A DNA stretch of 55,986 nucleotides, the filler included, from Sphacelaria rigidula (lineage: Eukaryota): NCBI GenBank assembly GCA_964200075.2. It is 4 parts of 4 records of this genome, joined end to end, with 100 filler letters (N's around TTAATTAATTAA, not from the genome) between each part and the next. Parts side by side here need not be neighbours in the genome. Positions count along the whole stretch, not along the records: positions 1 to 13,923 come from CAXNAA020002584.1; positions 14,024 to 27,945 come from CAXNAA020002585.1; 2 more parts are not named here. One strand, 5' to 3'. A program made the translations under genes and the position numbers. Below the pieces are notes generated by a model. It was not told where the DNA came from. It ran no database searches and saw only the letters and a list, made by a program, of their open reading frames with translations. Shown one piece after another: positions 11,329-24,560 of this stretch (position 1 is the first letter of the stretch; each line of letters starts with the position of its first letter).

Positions 11329-11699
11329 TGGGGCCACAGAATATAGCATCATGCTACCGCGTGATATGTACATGCTGTGTTGTTGACGTTTTTCCCTCGC
11401 TTATGCACACAAATGGCCTCGGCGTACCAAGGGAAGAGAGTGGGGATACTCGAGCATATACTGTGAGCATTGTTATATGCCACTGCGCTGCACCACTGCT
11501 AATTTACACCGAGAACACTCAAACCGATTGGTACTGATACTGTGCATGCCGGCTTTGATGAAGCTGGTAAAATTCTGTATACAGGGTTTTAGCTTGTTTA
11601 TTAGTAGGTACATGCAATACCGTCTATCGGGGTCTCTTTCCGGTACTGATCATGGATCCCCACTGTACGCTCCATCGAATCCTAATCTCCTTCCGCCAG

Positions 11700-11840
11700 C
11701 AAGAGTACGTGTACGATAGTTTGGAGCTGGCAAAATGTAGTGGCTACCGATATGCGCGTGCTCCCAAGGGTCCGTTTCGCGGTGTCTTGTCCATCTTGAG
11801 CCGAGATCTCGACTCGTGCCTAATAGTGGATACGCTTGAG
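11700..11840 (+). other. Candidate orphan exon
   Basis: CTAAT branch-like motif, pyrimidine tract, CCAG acceptor, GTGAAA donor; 141 nt open (QEYVYDSLELAKCSGY...LIVDTLE). No partner exon identified. Confidence 0.25.
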
Positions 11841-13329
11841 GTGAAAGCGGTTTTGCACGCGCCGCAAGGCATCGCAAAACAATGGAATGCTGAGTGACGC
11901 GATTGAGTAGTTATGCGACCATGAGATGCTATCTTATTTTCTAAGCTCGCATATACTACGATGTGCACTGTGACAACACGTTTTGGTGATAACTTTTGTA
12001 TCATAGGGCCAAGGACAATGCTCTCCCCGTATTCCACGTTGTTGACCGATCTCTGCCGCGACATGGTGAGCTACACCCCTGATGCACTCAAACCGACATA
12101 GTCGGTGGCAGTTGTACCTACCTTTCGCTCATCACTCCTCTTGCTCCGACCCGGAATTACTGGAATATGGCACATTGCCATGCGAGTGACTGCCGTGTAT
12201 CAAATGCAGTTAGTTTCGGCATCAACCCAATACAGGCGAGGTTTTGTTGTATTTCCACGCTACAGTAGCAGCCCCATGAACCTATCGGTATGATCCAGAT
12301 TTCCGTGAAACCGGAAACATTCAAACCACCACCCTCCTCTGGGTGGCAAGCGAACACAAGTTGCGCGACCCCCGATGTGGTTTTTTCGTTGTGCCTTCAT
12401 CTTCCCTCTCCGTAAAAGCGCTGCAGTCGGGATTATATGTTGCATGCCTCATCGTGTGCCCGGAAAACCTTGGTCTCACCCAAGGGTGAACGTTTCATGC
12501 GTGAAGTATATCGTTGGTTGGCTGGGTAAAATGCACCACATGGTTATTTCTCCCACTTCGGAGACGTGGAGGACGGCGACCACTAACGTTATCCACTGTT
12601 CATGTTTGACGAAGGCACGAGAGAGGCCTGTACGTCTTAATCGTACGTCAATGTCACACACCGCGTCATTTTCTCTTCCTCTGTGGTCTGCGATGTCCAC
12701 GACTAACCGTCTGGTATAAAGAGCATCCACGAATCACCCGAAAAACGGATTCGAGCATGGAACATCATGTTCGGCTATACCCTATGTACGCGTCTAGTTC
12801 CGTTTTCGCCCGTCTTTCCTTTTGCCTAGTCCTCGCTCTGTGAAGGACTCATAGTCGGAGGGTGACCACAGTTTCCCTCCTGGAGACTTCGGCGCCATTA
12901 TTCCCAGTTCCTGCGGCGTTGACATACGGGTATACACGTAGGTGGGGTACAATCTTGAGGTATGCTTGTAATAGTTGATTGGTAGATCGATTGATTGTCC
13001 TGCATTATCCGATCCCCGAGGGATCTGGCCGTAGTGATGATCCGCACGATAGACGTACCCAACGTAAATAAAACGGAAACACACGCTGTAGAAACCTCAA
13101 GAGGGAAAAGGGATGTACTCATGAGCTTGCATGCCGTAGTCAAACACCCATTGACTGCGCATCCCTACAAAGCCGCGACAGAACACGCCGAGGTTTCGCC
13201 AGATTAGGTTCGCAGTCACCAAGCGCGGAGCGCCGTGACGTGTCCGGCGAGTCGCATGAGATTTGAGCTGCATCCTGCAGAGATTGTCCGGCCCGAAGCG
13301 TACAAATATCTTGCACATGGATAGCAGTC

Positions 13330-13578
13330 GACACTTTCTACGATAGCCCCCCGCCGAAAAGTGGCTGGTTTGGGGATTCAAAATTTAGACGTATGTCGAA
13401 ATGAAACAAGCCGAGCGCAACAAGCAGCTGGGAATTCCCACGCTTGGGTTCGCTTTCGCCAATGTCGTCTATACGAGGCGCTTCATGCAGCCTGAAACAA
13501 ACCTTCAGTCGCTCTATGACCATTTCTCCGCGGCAGTTTTGGGCTGGTTTTGGGGGGGGGGCTACCATAGAAAGTGTC
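13330..13578. mobile_element. MITE with 4-bp flanking direct repeat
   Basis: GACACTTTCTACGATAGCCCCCC / GGGGGGCTACCATAGAAAGTGTC with AGTC on both sides (13326-13329, 13579-13582). Absent from the homologous unit near 18335. Confidence 0.8.
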
Positions 13579-13923
13579 AGTCTCGAGTGAGTTGCTTCAT
13601 TTTCTGGTATCGCCAATTCCAGAGACAGCCATAGGCTGCGCTGCGTCATGGGTGTCTCGCCACTTAAACACTACGTGGTACGATCATCCCCTTTGTGCGG
13701 AGTTGATGTTCTCCAACCCGTACAACATGATCTAGCTGGACCACCATCATTGTAAACGCAAAAAGACGCAAGCGCAAAAAAAACTGCAACCAGGTTGCCT
13801 CGCTCACGCAGTGATTGACGCATTTTACAACGCTTTTGCTGACCGGACTGGGGGTGGGGGGGGTGTACTCATGATCATGCATGCCATCGCCATCAGACCA
13901 TTGACAACGCATCCCTACAAAAC

Positions 13924-14023
13924 NNNNNNNNNNNNNNNNNNNNNNNNNNNNNNNNNNNNNNNNNNNNTTAATTAATTAANNNNNNNNNNNNNNNNNNNNN
14001 NNNNNNNNNNNNNNNNNNNNNNN
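13924..14023. other. Assembly spacer (N44-TTAATTAATTAA-N44); the same spacer occurs at 27946-28045 and 41967-42066
   Basis: Identical 100-bp N blocks with a six-frame stop linker. Confidence 0.97.
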
Positions 14024-15828
14024 GAGACAGCCACGGCTTTTACACTGCCTCATGGGTGTCTAACCGGGGTGGGTGTGGGGGGAATTTGAGAGATGTGCCC
14101 CGTATTATCCAGTCCTACCCTCTTTTTCGGTGTATTTACGCCTTCTTTTTCTTTACGTACAAGGTTTTCTTTCTGTTCCGATTTTGCGTTGGCACATTGG
14201 GCGTGATACTTGCCTTGCCTTTTGGTCTGCATGGCGGGGAGGGTGCAGCCTTTCCAGCCCGCGTAGGTCGCTATCTACATTCCCTCGAATCTAGCACTTA
14301 CTTACACGTGTCTCATCTCCATCAGCGTACTTTGCGGTAGACGGTGTCCCAACGCCGGGCAAAACTCTGCAGCCGCGGGGTTCAGTTTGGCTCTCAGTAC
14401 AGGGTAAAACCCCGCAGCTGCGGGATTGAGCCTGGAGGTCAGCACTGTCGGCATGACTCATTGCCTAGACTGTGTGTTGCGTCACCACTGACGCGAAACG
14501 CAGACTAGTCTCTAGGCCATATCACTCTCTTCCACGCTTTGGTTGCGTCGTCTAGTACGGTATGTTTTGCAACCGTGCGTCCAGTTTCTAAAGCGCTTTT
14601 TCGGTAATGGTGCGCTTCGGTAGCTGTTACCCTAGATGCGTGCGAGACGGACACATATAAGGAAATAGCAATGGAATCACTCTTCTTTATATGCCCGACA
14701 AGGAGAGAAATACGATGTTCGTTGAAGTGTAAAACTACTCGCTGCGTGCAGGAGCAGGTCTTTCTTCCTTGTATGCTGATTGATGGGAAAATAACGGCCA
14801 TGTTGACGTATTTGTTGTACCTTCTGACCTCTTGCCGACTTCAACACACATGGACATATAACATGGTGTAGTTTTTGTGTGTTCTCACTTCCAACCCCTT
14901 CCATTCATTCCTCGGGACGAGTCCGTGGTCTAATATATTGGTCTCTAGGGATTGACGTATCTCTCCCGGGGTACACACGCCTCACACGCACGTATCGCGT
15001 ACTGGATCATGACCAGCACTCCCCCACGATGTCATGTAATATAACATGTAAATATATAGATGAATTTGTCGTGTGTCCCTTCTTCTCGTGTTCTTTTTCC
15101 AAACGGTTTCTTTTTAATTTTCTCTTTCACACACTTTTTTTTTTTTATTCACCAACGGGGTTGGTTTCTCTCGAAAGGGGCATATAACCATAACAAACAT
15201 CCCTCATACAGTTCGATTATTTGCCCCTTTTTCGTTTTTCTTTGTTTCATTTCCAAATATGTAGAACTCTTGTCGCGTGTTTGTGTGTGTTGTGCGTTGC
15301 CATCCTACTATTCTGGACACCAGTCTACACCTTTCGGTATGCGGGGGCACATCAGCCGGTGTTACACAGGAGGAAGGTCAACGGAGGACTTTTCATTTGC
15401 TTATAGTGTTTTACTACTCCACCTTCCGTCTGCGGTGCTTGCCTTATTTTCATCACGAGAGGGGTTCAGCGATCCCTTCCCCTCGTCGACCGTAAAGTCG
15501 AATCTTGACATACAGTGATGAATTAGTTTATCGTCTTCACTTGGTTTCTGTGTAGCGCGCGAAGGGAAGGGTTACGGTGACAATTTTCATTCAAACGAGA
15601 GCCTCTTGTGTTGCGTGTTTGTTTCATCCGTTTATTCATTGCCGTAGTTTTTCGTTGATTCACTGGAAAAAACAGCCGATAAACTGTATGGACATGACGG
15701 CCCCTGTTTATGTCGCATTTTTGTTTATTTTCCCATATATGTTTTTTTTTTTGGTGCCAATTACAAAGACGGTGGCGTTAAGAACGTCGTGTTTTTCGTT
15801 CTTTGTGTGTGTACTGTATGTGAGGCAG

Positions 15829-15927
15829 GTCCGTTACATAGGCACGGGCAACGAGACTCCCTGGGGCATGACCAAAATGGCTCAGATAGGAGAACGGAAA
15901 GGGTTACCCCGAATATGCTCGGTCCAG
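15829..15927 (+). CDS. Aldo-keto reductase (Tas-like), first visible exon
   Basis: GCAG/GTGAG boundaries, 99 nt. VRYIGTGNETPWGMTKMAQIGERKGLPRICSVQ matches Tas-family KIRYIGVSNETxxG...GLPRIxSIQ. Confidence 0.92.
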
Positions 15928-16910
15928 GTGAGACACTGAGGAGACGGGACTGCTACTGACTTGATGGCGTTCTTCCTGAAGTGCTGCCAGCACAAGCTCT
16001 GGTGCTATATGCAGTTATGGGTAGGAATAGGGGCCGATTTTGGGTACTATATTCCGGGAAAGGGCGCACCGACTAGTGTTCGCGGAGGAAATGAAGCCCA
16101 TATGAGCCAATCAGTATCAATCACAAGTAGACGGGTCACCTTGAATTCACGACCAAGCTGATACAAAATGTACTGTTACTTTACTGTAGTACGTTCGACA
16201 ACAAAACCTGTGACTGACGTTGCTGTACACCTGTACACAGGGTAAAAAAAACAGGAGAATATTGTAGAAACTGCTACTCGTGTTGTTGTTGTTGTTGTTG
16301 TTGTTGTGCCCCTCTTGTTGCAGTATGTTGTTCTGCCGATCTTAGAAGGCGGTTTCCTCGACAACCAAGCGGAGGGTTGGACTGCGGTTTTTGGCGTGCG
16401 CTTCCCACAAACCTAATCTAGTTTGAGACATAAGTTTATGTTACCAACTACTGTAGTGTATCTATCCCTGTGCTCAACTCGTGCCCTACGCTGCAGGGTT
16501 GCGGTGGTAGCTGAGAATGAGTTGGATGGAGTTTGCATGATCCTGTGAACAGGTGTTGTTCGGTGTGGTGGTCTGTAAGATAGGAGTCAAGTGCCGCTTC
16601 GTGCCTTTCGACTGCATGTTGTCGATCGAGAACGATTGTTTTTTACCTCGTTGCATTCTTCTCCGCGCGCCGCTCATTATAATTTTGAGTTGAAGCCTTC
16701 GAGGAACATAAATGCGGTGGACCTATGAGATCGGCGAAAAGAAATTCGACCGCACTTTTTCGATCGAAAAAAAAGTGCTGAGACATGCCCCAAGTATTTT
16801 CTAAGAACACGTTTTTCTTTCTCGTTGCTGTATATTTTGTCTTCCAGGAAACAATGGAACTGAAAATCACATTCGATTTTTAATTTTATTTGTTTCCATT
16901 TCGTTTTCAG

Positions 16911-17023
16911 AACAATTTAAGCCTGTTGGTGAGGACGGAAGCCGAGTGGTCCGGGATGGACGACGCCGTCTTGCGACGAAACGCAAACGTCGGGTTCTTG
17001 GCCTACTCTCCCCTTGCCGGCGG
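16911..17023 (+). CDS. Aldo-keto reductase exon
   Basis: TTTCAG/GTGAG; NNLSLLVRTEAEWSGMDDAVLRRNANVGFLAYSPLAGG (AYSPLAGG motif), phase 2. Confidence 0.93.
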
Positions 17024-17754
17024 GTGAGCGACTAATACAGTCACTACAGTATTCGTCATTATTTTCCATTTTCTGTCGTCATGACACTAGACAGCAGCTG
17101 ATTTTGGTCTTGGCGGGTGGGAAGTACCCTAGAAAAACAGAGATTTGAAACCCATTGGAACGGCCTGGGCAGGTCATCTGTTGAATCGTCATCATTTTCA
17201 CTCGAAATACTGGTATGAGTGTACGACCCAGATGCCGTGCTGTATCTACCTTGGCGGGAAAAGGGATGACGCTTTGAGTACGACTATTTTCTGAGGGTAC
17301 TGCTCGGGTGGTTCATGCAGTCTTGTTTTGCTCTCGTCATTTTATAGTGCTTGATTTTGTTCAGGAGATACAACTGTACTGTCGTAGTAATGTAGTAACA
17401 TATATCAAGTCACTATTTTTTCTGGGTGCTGCTCGTGTCGTCACGTATCTCGTTTTCTGCGGTACCTGCTGTGGATACGGGTAGGCTAGATTTCGCTAGA
17501 TTTCACCATCACTCTTGAAATAGTGATCGAGTTTTACAACCTTTGGCAGCAACTGCTATCGCCCCCACCTGCGCCCCTATCGCGAATACTTGTCATATCC
17601 TTTTGGGGGGCATCCGTATGGCACGATCTTTGCATCAAAATCTGAAAAATATTATGAAACATGATGCAAATCTGTGTATATCGTATACTTCAATCTTTGC
17701 CATCCCGACCCCACCCCCCACCCTTCCTCTTTTGTGATGATTTTGTGCTTACAG

Positions 17755-17893
17755 TGTGTTGACGGGAAAGTACACGGACCCAGATAACATGCCCGAGGGC
17801 TGCAGGATGACCATGTTCAAGGGCTTCATGGGGCGTTATTTGAACCCCGACGTCAACGAGGCCGTGAAGCTGTACCTCGAGATCGCCGAAGAA
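17755..17893 (+). CDS. Aldo-keto reductase exon
   Basis: TACAG/GTGAG; continues GVLTGKYTDPDNMPEGCRMTMFKGFMGRY...AVKLYLEIAEE in the correct phase. Confidence 0.93.
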
Positions 17894-18009
17894 GTGAGCT
17901 GGCTGTTAACTCACAAAATCCGTACCGCTTGACTCTGAGTAAATTTCATCTCCCCCCTTCCATTTCCCTATCCCTCTCCCCCCCCCAAAAACAAATAAGA
18001 AACAGAGAC

Positions 18010-18530
18010 GGCGAAAACCCGGCGTGCTCCGTCCCGACTTTGTAGGGACGGGCCGGACCCCCTATGAGGTTGGCGTCGTTTGGCACCGACGCTGTAAAAC
18101 ACTCTCCGGAAGCTAATCGACCAGGTTACCGATTTTGTTTTCGCGCTCGCATTTTGTTTTCGCGGTGACCAAAATGGTGGGGAAGCTAGATCATAATGTG
18201 CGGCGTGAGAGAACTTCAACCCCGCGCAAAGGGGATGGTCATACCACGTAGTGTTTAAATGGTGACACACCCAGGAGGCAGCGTGTAAGCTTTGTGTCTG
18301 GAAGTGGCGATACCAAAAAATGAAGTAACTTCATTGTAGGCTGTCATCCAAATGCAAAATAATCAGTAAGCTTCGGGCTGAACAATTTTAGCAGGACGCA
18401 GCTCACCCTTCATGCGACTCGCCGGACACATCAAAGTGCTTCCCGCTCGGTGGTTGCTTGCGGGCCTAGTCCGGCCAAAACCCGGCGTGCTCTGTTCCGG
18501 CTTTCTAGGGATCCGGGGTCAATGGTCATG
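18010..18530. repeat. Intronic inverted homolog of the 13.1-14.1 kb repeat unit, with terminal direct repeats ~463 bp apart
   Basis: AAAACCCGGCGTGCTC...TAGGGA at ~18014 and ~18477; the body aligns in reverse to 13150-13920. Confidence 0.7.
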
Positions 18531-19085
18531 AAATCAGTACCCCCCCCCCCCCTCAACAAAAAAAAATGAGTAAAAAAGTAATAATAAACAAGAAAGAGAG
18601 AGAGAACGACACCATGTCGCCACTGTTTCCGTCCTTGGTGACAAAAAAGATTGCAAAAAATATAGAATGCGTGTGTGCTGTGCGTGTTGTGTGTCAAGCA
18701 TCGGTTCGGTTACCCCTTTACAAAAATATCGTAGTGCAAGTAGTTCGCTGAAAGTGTGGCGTGATACCATACACCACCCGAAACTGATCTCGCTGTGCGT
18801 TGTTGTTCCGTGCTCTTTTTCACAGTCGGGAGTTCGTATCCAATAATCAGCCACTCCATGAACGTTATTCCGTTTGTATAATGTGAAAGTAGCATGCACA
18901 GCGGGTCTGGGTGAGAAGGTTAACGGCTCCGGAGATATTGCACACCGTTTAACGCATGAATGTTCACGCCATACCCACTGCCGTACTCTAGTAGAACAAC
19001 TGACCAACCCCACTTTCGATTTCCGACTCCGCCCCACCCCTCCCCCCGGATCACCTTCACGTGATATTGGATAATGGCAACATAG

Positions 19086-19255
19086 ATTGGTGTCCCGCCA
19101 GCAACGCTGGCCATGATTTACCCTCTCACGCGAGAGTGGGTAACGTCCACGATTATTGGCGTCACCAAAACGGAGCAGATCAAGGATGCGATGTTGGCGC
19201 TTAACGTCCCCATGTTCGACGACGTGGATAAGAGGATACTGGACATCTATTTCAA
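19086..19255 (+). CDS. Aldo-keto reductase exon
   Basis: CATAG/GTGAG; IGVPPATLAMIYPLTREWVTSTIIGVTKTEQIKDAM...ILDIYF (VTSTIIG motif), phase 2. Confidence 0.93.
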
Positions 19256-20215
19256 GTGAGTGCTTTTTTTTTTTTTCCCCTCAGCAGCCTTTTCTCGACC
19301 GCGAAGTAATGAATTGGTTGTTTTGTTTTCAGAGGAGACTGTCAGGTTTGTGTGTGCATCACTACATCCTTTCTTCTTTTTTTTTCACGAAGAGGAACGA
19401 TTTTCAATTCGATTGCGTAGTTTGGGTCTGTTGGGTCCCCGTTGTATCTTCACGATAGATAATAGTCGTGATCATTGATAATCGATGGGTTTCACTGCGT
19501 GTTTGATTGGTTGATGGATGAGTTGGTTGATTGGTTCGGTGATTGGTTGAACTTATGACTGGTCGCTTGACTGACTGATCGGTTCTATGATTGCGGCACA
19601 GCACGTACGTAAAGGTCGAGGTAGATTAACAGCGGAAGAATTAGCTACGGGAACCTCGATGAGGATAGTACATGGGAAGGAATGAAGGGACGAAAGGGGA
19701 GAATACATCGCGGAATAATCTGATACAGATGCTTACGGTGGGGAAAATCACTCCCCTGCAAAACCGTGCACCCCTGTGTGCTTTTAGCATCGAACAGTTG
19801 AGAAATAGAACAAAGCTTACGATACCTGCGACCCTCGCTCCAAAATTACTCTTCATTGATTTTTTTTTTTTGTCGAAACAGATCGGGACTGGTTTTCAGG
19901 CTCACCGTGGGTCTGAACTATTTATTTAGTTCATGCACCAAAAAAAGGATCTCGGGACGGAAATGCATGCTGTGGCGTCCAGGAAAATATGAGAACACAC
20001 GCTTGGTGCAATCGTTGGCGGCGTTGTTTGTAAATACGAAAGCCAACGTTTTTCTGCAGCGCACGGCCGAATTGGATCATAGGGTAGTTATTCAGTCGAT
20101 TCTACGCGTCCTTCACACCAGTAGAGACACAGACCCAAGAACGGACTTTTTTCGTCAAACAAACACAAGAAGCCCACGGCAGCCACGCGGCAACAATTCA
20201 CTCCAACCTTCCGTA

Positions 20216-21043
20216 TAGAGTTCGGTCTTGGGTATTGGGTCAAAAATATATTGCCCCCAATACGCGTAAGATTTATATATTTTCTGAGCGTGTTTTTTGG
20301 GCCCCAACTTGAAGATTTTTGGGCCAATCTCATGCGAGACAATATCCCCTGAATTTACCCAACGTATCCGCTTATTCTCGCATATTTATTACAGATATGA
20401 CATATATTGCCCAAATATATCCGATATACCCAATATACGTGGGATATAGACGCGGGTATCACGCGATATGTTGTCTCCAGACCCCAGATCCCTGGTGCGC
20501 AGGTGACGGTGGTGCCACCGCACCACACCCGTGCACACAAAACACAACCACTACCAACTGCACAGCACCATACATGTGCGATGAGCAACTCCCGGTCGAC
20601 ACCCCCATCAACAGTACTGCATCTGGACAGCAAATAAATGTCACCACCGTCAGCGCCTCTGCTACTGCACCGCGGGCTACAGTACTGCCACTGCCATTGC
20701 CACCTCCACCAGCGCTGTCGTGTGTGCCTCTATCCAGTATGCCCGGCACGTGCAAAACAACTTCTGTATGCAGCTCACTGATGATGTACGCAACTCGTCA
20801 CTCGTTACACACACACAAATACGTACATCACACTGTTATAGTAAATGTGCATGATATGGACGAATCGTCACTATATCCAGAGATATCTGGAGGGATATCG
20901 GGTGCGATCTCGGATACGCATAGGATAGTCCAAATATCCGGATATAATATTTCTTATGCGAGATTGCAGATATATGCGATAATTTTTTACCCAATGTATC
21001 TATATCCTATTGGGGCCATTTTCAGATCCAATACCGAACTGTA
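20216..21043. mobile_element. hAT-type non-autonomous element in an AKR intron
   Basis: TAGAGTTCGGTCTTGG / CCAATACCGAACTGTA; perfect 8-bp TSD CTTCCGTA (20208-20215, 21044-21051); ATATCC/GGATAT subterminal motifs. Confidence 0.9.
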
Positions 21044-22420
21044 CTTCCGTACATTGAGGTGGTGGGAAGATCACGCAACGAGCCAAAACAAGTTCGTGTG
21101 TACGATACTTGCTGCCCAAATCGCATCAGAGCCGCTTTCAGTGGTAGCCGCCGTCGTTACCACAACCGCCCCCGCTTCAAAATGGTATGTCGTGCGAATC
21201 ATGAATCCAAAACATATACAAATCACAAGTTGTGTACGAATCGGATGATTAATTCGTCCAAATGTTGAAAATGAGTCGAAGCACGATTAAATTCGTCCGA
21301 ACCGTGATAAATTCACTGATCCGCTGTTGATTCAGCCGTGACCCCAAAAAGAGACGTGTGGAAGGTGAGTGTTGAGAATAAGAGGAACAGAATCTGCGCG
21401 CATTGGAGGGAGAGCGCAGTTGGCGAGGTGTTACCGTGCCGTTTTGTACGTGGGAATACCTACAGTAGTGCGTGATGAGAATTCAGAAAAAAATGACTTT
21501 TTTTTTTACCACTGCTCAAATCTGTGTGTGCACCGAATGGTGCTGTCCTCGTCGTCATTCACGGGAAGCATGATGCAGCAACACCCCCCTAACCGAGCAC
21601 GGGGGCAGAAGTCGCGCGGCATCAGACAGGGGAGGAAGCACCGCCCATAAGAAGTTCGACATAAAAAGAGTTTACGCAACCGGCTGGAAAACAACAAAGA
21701 TGGTCGAGGAAGGAGATTTTGCTTTTGTAGAAGTTTCGTGTACTACTGCTATGCTGTACCTCGAAGTACCCACAAGTTGCATCATTTACCTTGCTACCAT
21801 CGAATTCTGCCTCGCTCCGCCTCCCCACAATTGATGTATGTGCTCCCGAATGCGGTGACCCATTTTTTCGTTCTTGCTTTTTTCGTCGACCTATTGACGG
21901 TGGAAGAAGCTCCCTGTGCCCGTTGTTCAGCTTGGCACACATTTTATTGTGTATCATTTTCACAATTCCTCCCCATCTGTTCCACCGTACGACCTTTACG
22001 TTTCATTCTTGTATTTTTTTTCATTTCTTTCATTTTCCTCCAATTTGGTTTCTTCTGTTTTCGACCACAAGCTGAAGTGTTGCAATCAGCTACGAAATGC
22101 GAGATAGTCATCTCGTTGTGTTGTTTGTGTTCGTGTTCGCGTGTGTTGTTGTTGTTGTTGTTGTTGTTGTCATTGTCGCTGCTTATTTTCTTCTTTCCTT
22201 TTTATGCCTGTTGCTCCTGTTTTTTTCTGTTCGTTTCCTTCTTTATTATTCTGCTCTTTTTTGCTGCTCCTGACCACGGGTTGGATTGTTGCAACCAGCT
22301 ACTGTGAGATAATCAATCAATCAATCAGCGACCGAGCCCCGGAGTCCTCACAGTTTTCACCCCCTTCCGTTTCTCCTTCGTTTGCGTTTTGCCCGTTACG
22401 ATATTCCCTGCCATGAACAG

Positions 22421-22466
22421 ATATCGGCAACCTACTATTTCTCCGCGATTGGAGCCGGTGGCATGA
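22421..22466 (+). CDS. Aldo-keto reductase, probable terminal exon
   Basis: Long pyrimidine tract and AACAG acceptor; phase-2 join gives IYFK-YRQPTISPRLEPVA-stop, resembling the Tas-family C-terminal IY..YR.P. Confidence 0.75.
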
Positions 22467-23808
22467 AGGTCTATCGCGGGTGTTGGTGCATATCACCGGG
22501 ACGTGTTAGTACCACGTAGTGTTGCCGCGGAGCACCGGTAGTCCGAATTAAAAGGGTACACCAGTAATCATTAGCCGGGTGGGGTGGAAGGTTGCGGGTC
22601 TGGATCCCGACCGATACAGTCTTTTCGAGCAGAATTGTGTTTGTGTCTTGAAACCGCCAGGACGTGACCAGCGATGGGAAAGTCGACGGTGGTTGACAGG
22701 GTGCGGTAGTCCTGGTTCAATCCTCGATAGCGAGAGGTCAGGCTGGTACTGGGGGGCAGGTGGCATGGGTTGATCCCTTGAGAACAGCGGTTTGCCCGAA
22801 GTAAGGGGAATGGTCACGGACTTGAAGGTGTGGCATTGAAAAAATCAAAGAAATGGGCACCCTCTCGGAGTTCACTTCCCCGAGTGACTGAGGGACGTTT
22901 AGGGCCTCTAAAATCGACACTCCTACATCACGTACGATACTGCAGCTGTGCTCCCCGCACACGCTTTTTTTTTCTTTGTGCTTGTGCTCAAAACGATAAA
23001 GTACGAAGAAAGTGTTTCAATGTTTGTCTCCAAGAATGTGAAAACGTACATCATCCCTCATTCCAAACTACCTTTGCCGAAGAAGTGACGTCAATCGTAC
23101 CACCGTGGTTGGAGTCCCTTGCCGGCCAAGAATTGATTATTGGTCAACGAGAACTAAGTGACCTTGTTGACCCATCGGGATTCGAGACGCTTGCCCAATG
23201 TGTTTTTTTGTAGACCAGAGTACGGAGTATCACCGTGCTTTTCATGATGGCCGTCGCGTTGTTCCGTGTCCATGTTTTCCTTATCACGGCTGCAGCGGTC
23301 GAAACATGACCTATGGCGCACCGTGCTCATGTGCCACGAACGCCGGTAACAAAGCAGCGGTGGACAAAATGTCTGTGTTGCTTGCTCTCTGAGTGTGGTG
23401 CTGCCACACCTCGGGCCATGGGGTGACTTTTCCAATTCCACGAGGTGAAGTTGGTTCCTGCTGCGGGTAAAAATTCGACGGACTTGTTTTTTGCGACTCC
23501 GTTTTTGCGTCAGGATTCTTGCGATCTGATTCTTGTGATAGTTTTTTTTTGCGTCAGGATTCTTGCGATGTTTGTTTTGCTAGATTTTTACACTCAAAAA
23601 CCGCTATCGATTTCGTTTTCGGGGGATCACTTCGTCAGACGGACACCGAACGCATCCTGATCCAAGGGGAACCTGGACAAACAGTAGTTGCTGCTGCCCA
23701 CCTAGTATCATTCTCCATATCGAAGTCTTGAGAAAGAACCCCCAGCGTTTGGTGCCCATGTACAAGGATGATCTACATCGAGTATTATGCTCCAAAACGT
23801 ACCTGACA

Positions 23809-24000
23809 AGGGGGCAACACCCCCGTACAGACAGCAGCAATGCTAGCGGATCCGACATCCTGACAGTCTGTGACAGACTGGCAGCCGGCAAGGTGGTTAT
23901 GGTGATGTTTTTATTGTAGCGATGTCAACTTACAGTGCACTGGAGCAGAGCTTGAAAGTGAATATTTCGGCGATTGCCTCATCTGCAATTCGCCCAGATG
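23809..24000 (+). pseudogene. Decayed coding relic with Cys motif, homologous to 32445-32620
   Basis: Nucleotide alignment with 32445-32620; + frame reads W*CFYCSDVNLQCTGAELESEYFGDCLICNSPR. Confidence 0.45.
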
Positions 24001-24243
24001 ACAGCCTGGAATCGTTATCGAGGTTCAACATTTTTATGAGATTTAACGGACCATCGAAATTCGATTTACCCTGTTCAAAAGGCTCGGGAGTCGCAACCGG
24101 TTTCGACCATGTGCCTCAAATTCAGAAGTTCCTGCACTGGAGCAAAAGCATGATGGTGTGCAGTCCAACCGAAAAGCCGCCCTAATTCATTGTGCCGCAT
24201 CTATCAAGCAACCTCTGCGTCTAAGTGCTGCGGAACACGTGAC

Positions 24244-24471
24244 GAGTGATGCTGCGATAGGGTCTGCACTTTTGGGGCCAAAACCGGCCTGATTCAGGGG
24301 TTCCTAAAATTAGGAACTACACAAGAATATGAGTCAGGATATCCACGTTTGCAAATTCATTCGGGATACCCCTAGCAAATTGGAAGAAAAACCCTGGCGT
24401 ACTCTCACCTATTTCGAAAGTCGTGTTCTGGATGAGATAAAGGGTTCCTGACAATTCTACTCTCAGGCCGT
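24244..24471 (+). mobile_element. 3'-truncated copy of the GAG...CTC element
   Basis: Near-identical to 24561-24788; lacks the right TIR. Confidence 0.85.
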
Positions 24472-24560
24472 CTTCACCGCCTCGCATACGGCGTAATAGT
24501 CGCGTGAACTCACGACTTAGCTCTACGCTTGGCTCTGGACTTGGTCCTTCAGAACCGAGT

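Larger units (their letters stand above)
13100..14070. repeat. Tandemly arranged ~0.5-kb repeat unit
   Basis: 13112-13170 recurs at 13863-13922, and 13622-13660 recurs at 14024-14065 across the gap. An inverted homolog lies at ~18010-18530. Confidence 0.7.

Noticed and set aside
12794..12910. Possible minus-strand terminal exon (ELGIMAPKSPGGKLWSPSDYESF...)
   Set aside because: An acceptor-like CCGCAG is present but there is no partner exon or recognisable homology; insufficient support.
13924..14023. TTAATTAATTAA motif recurring three times
   Set aside because: Always centred in identical 100-bp N blocks; an artificial scaffolding linker, not a biological repeat or a piggyBac site.
20319..21248. 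309-aa ORF
   Set aside because: Lies largely within a TSD-flanked non-autonomous hAT element inside an AKR intron; low-complexity with no domain motif.
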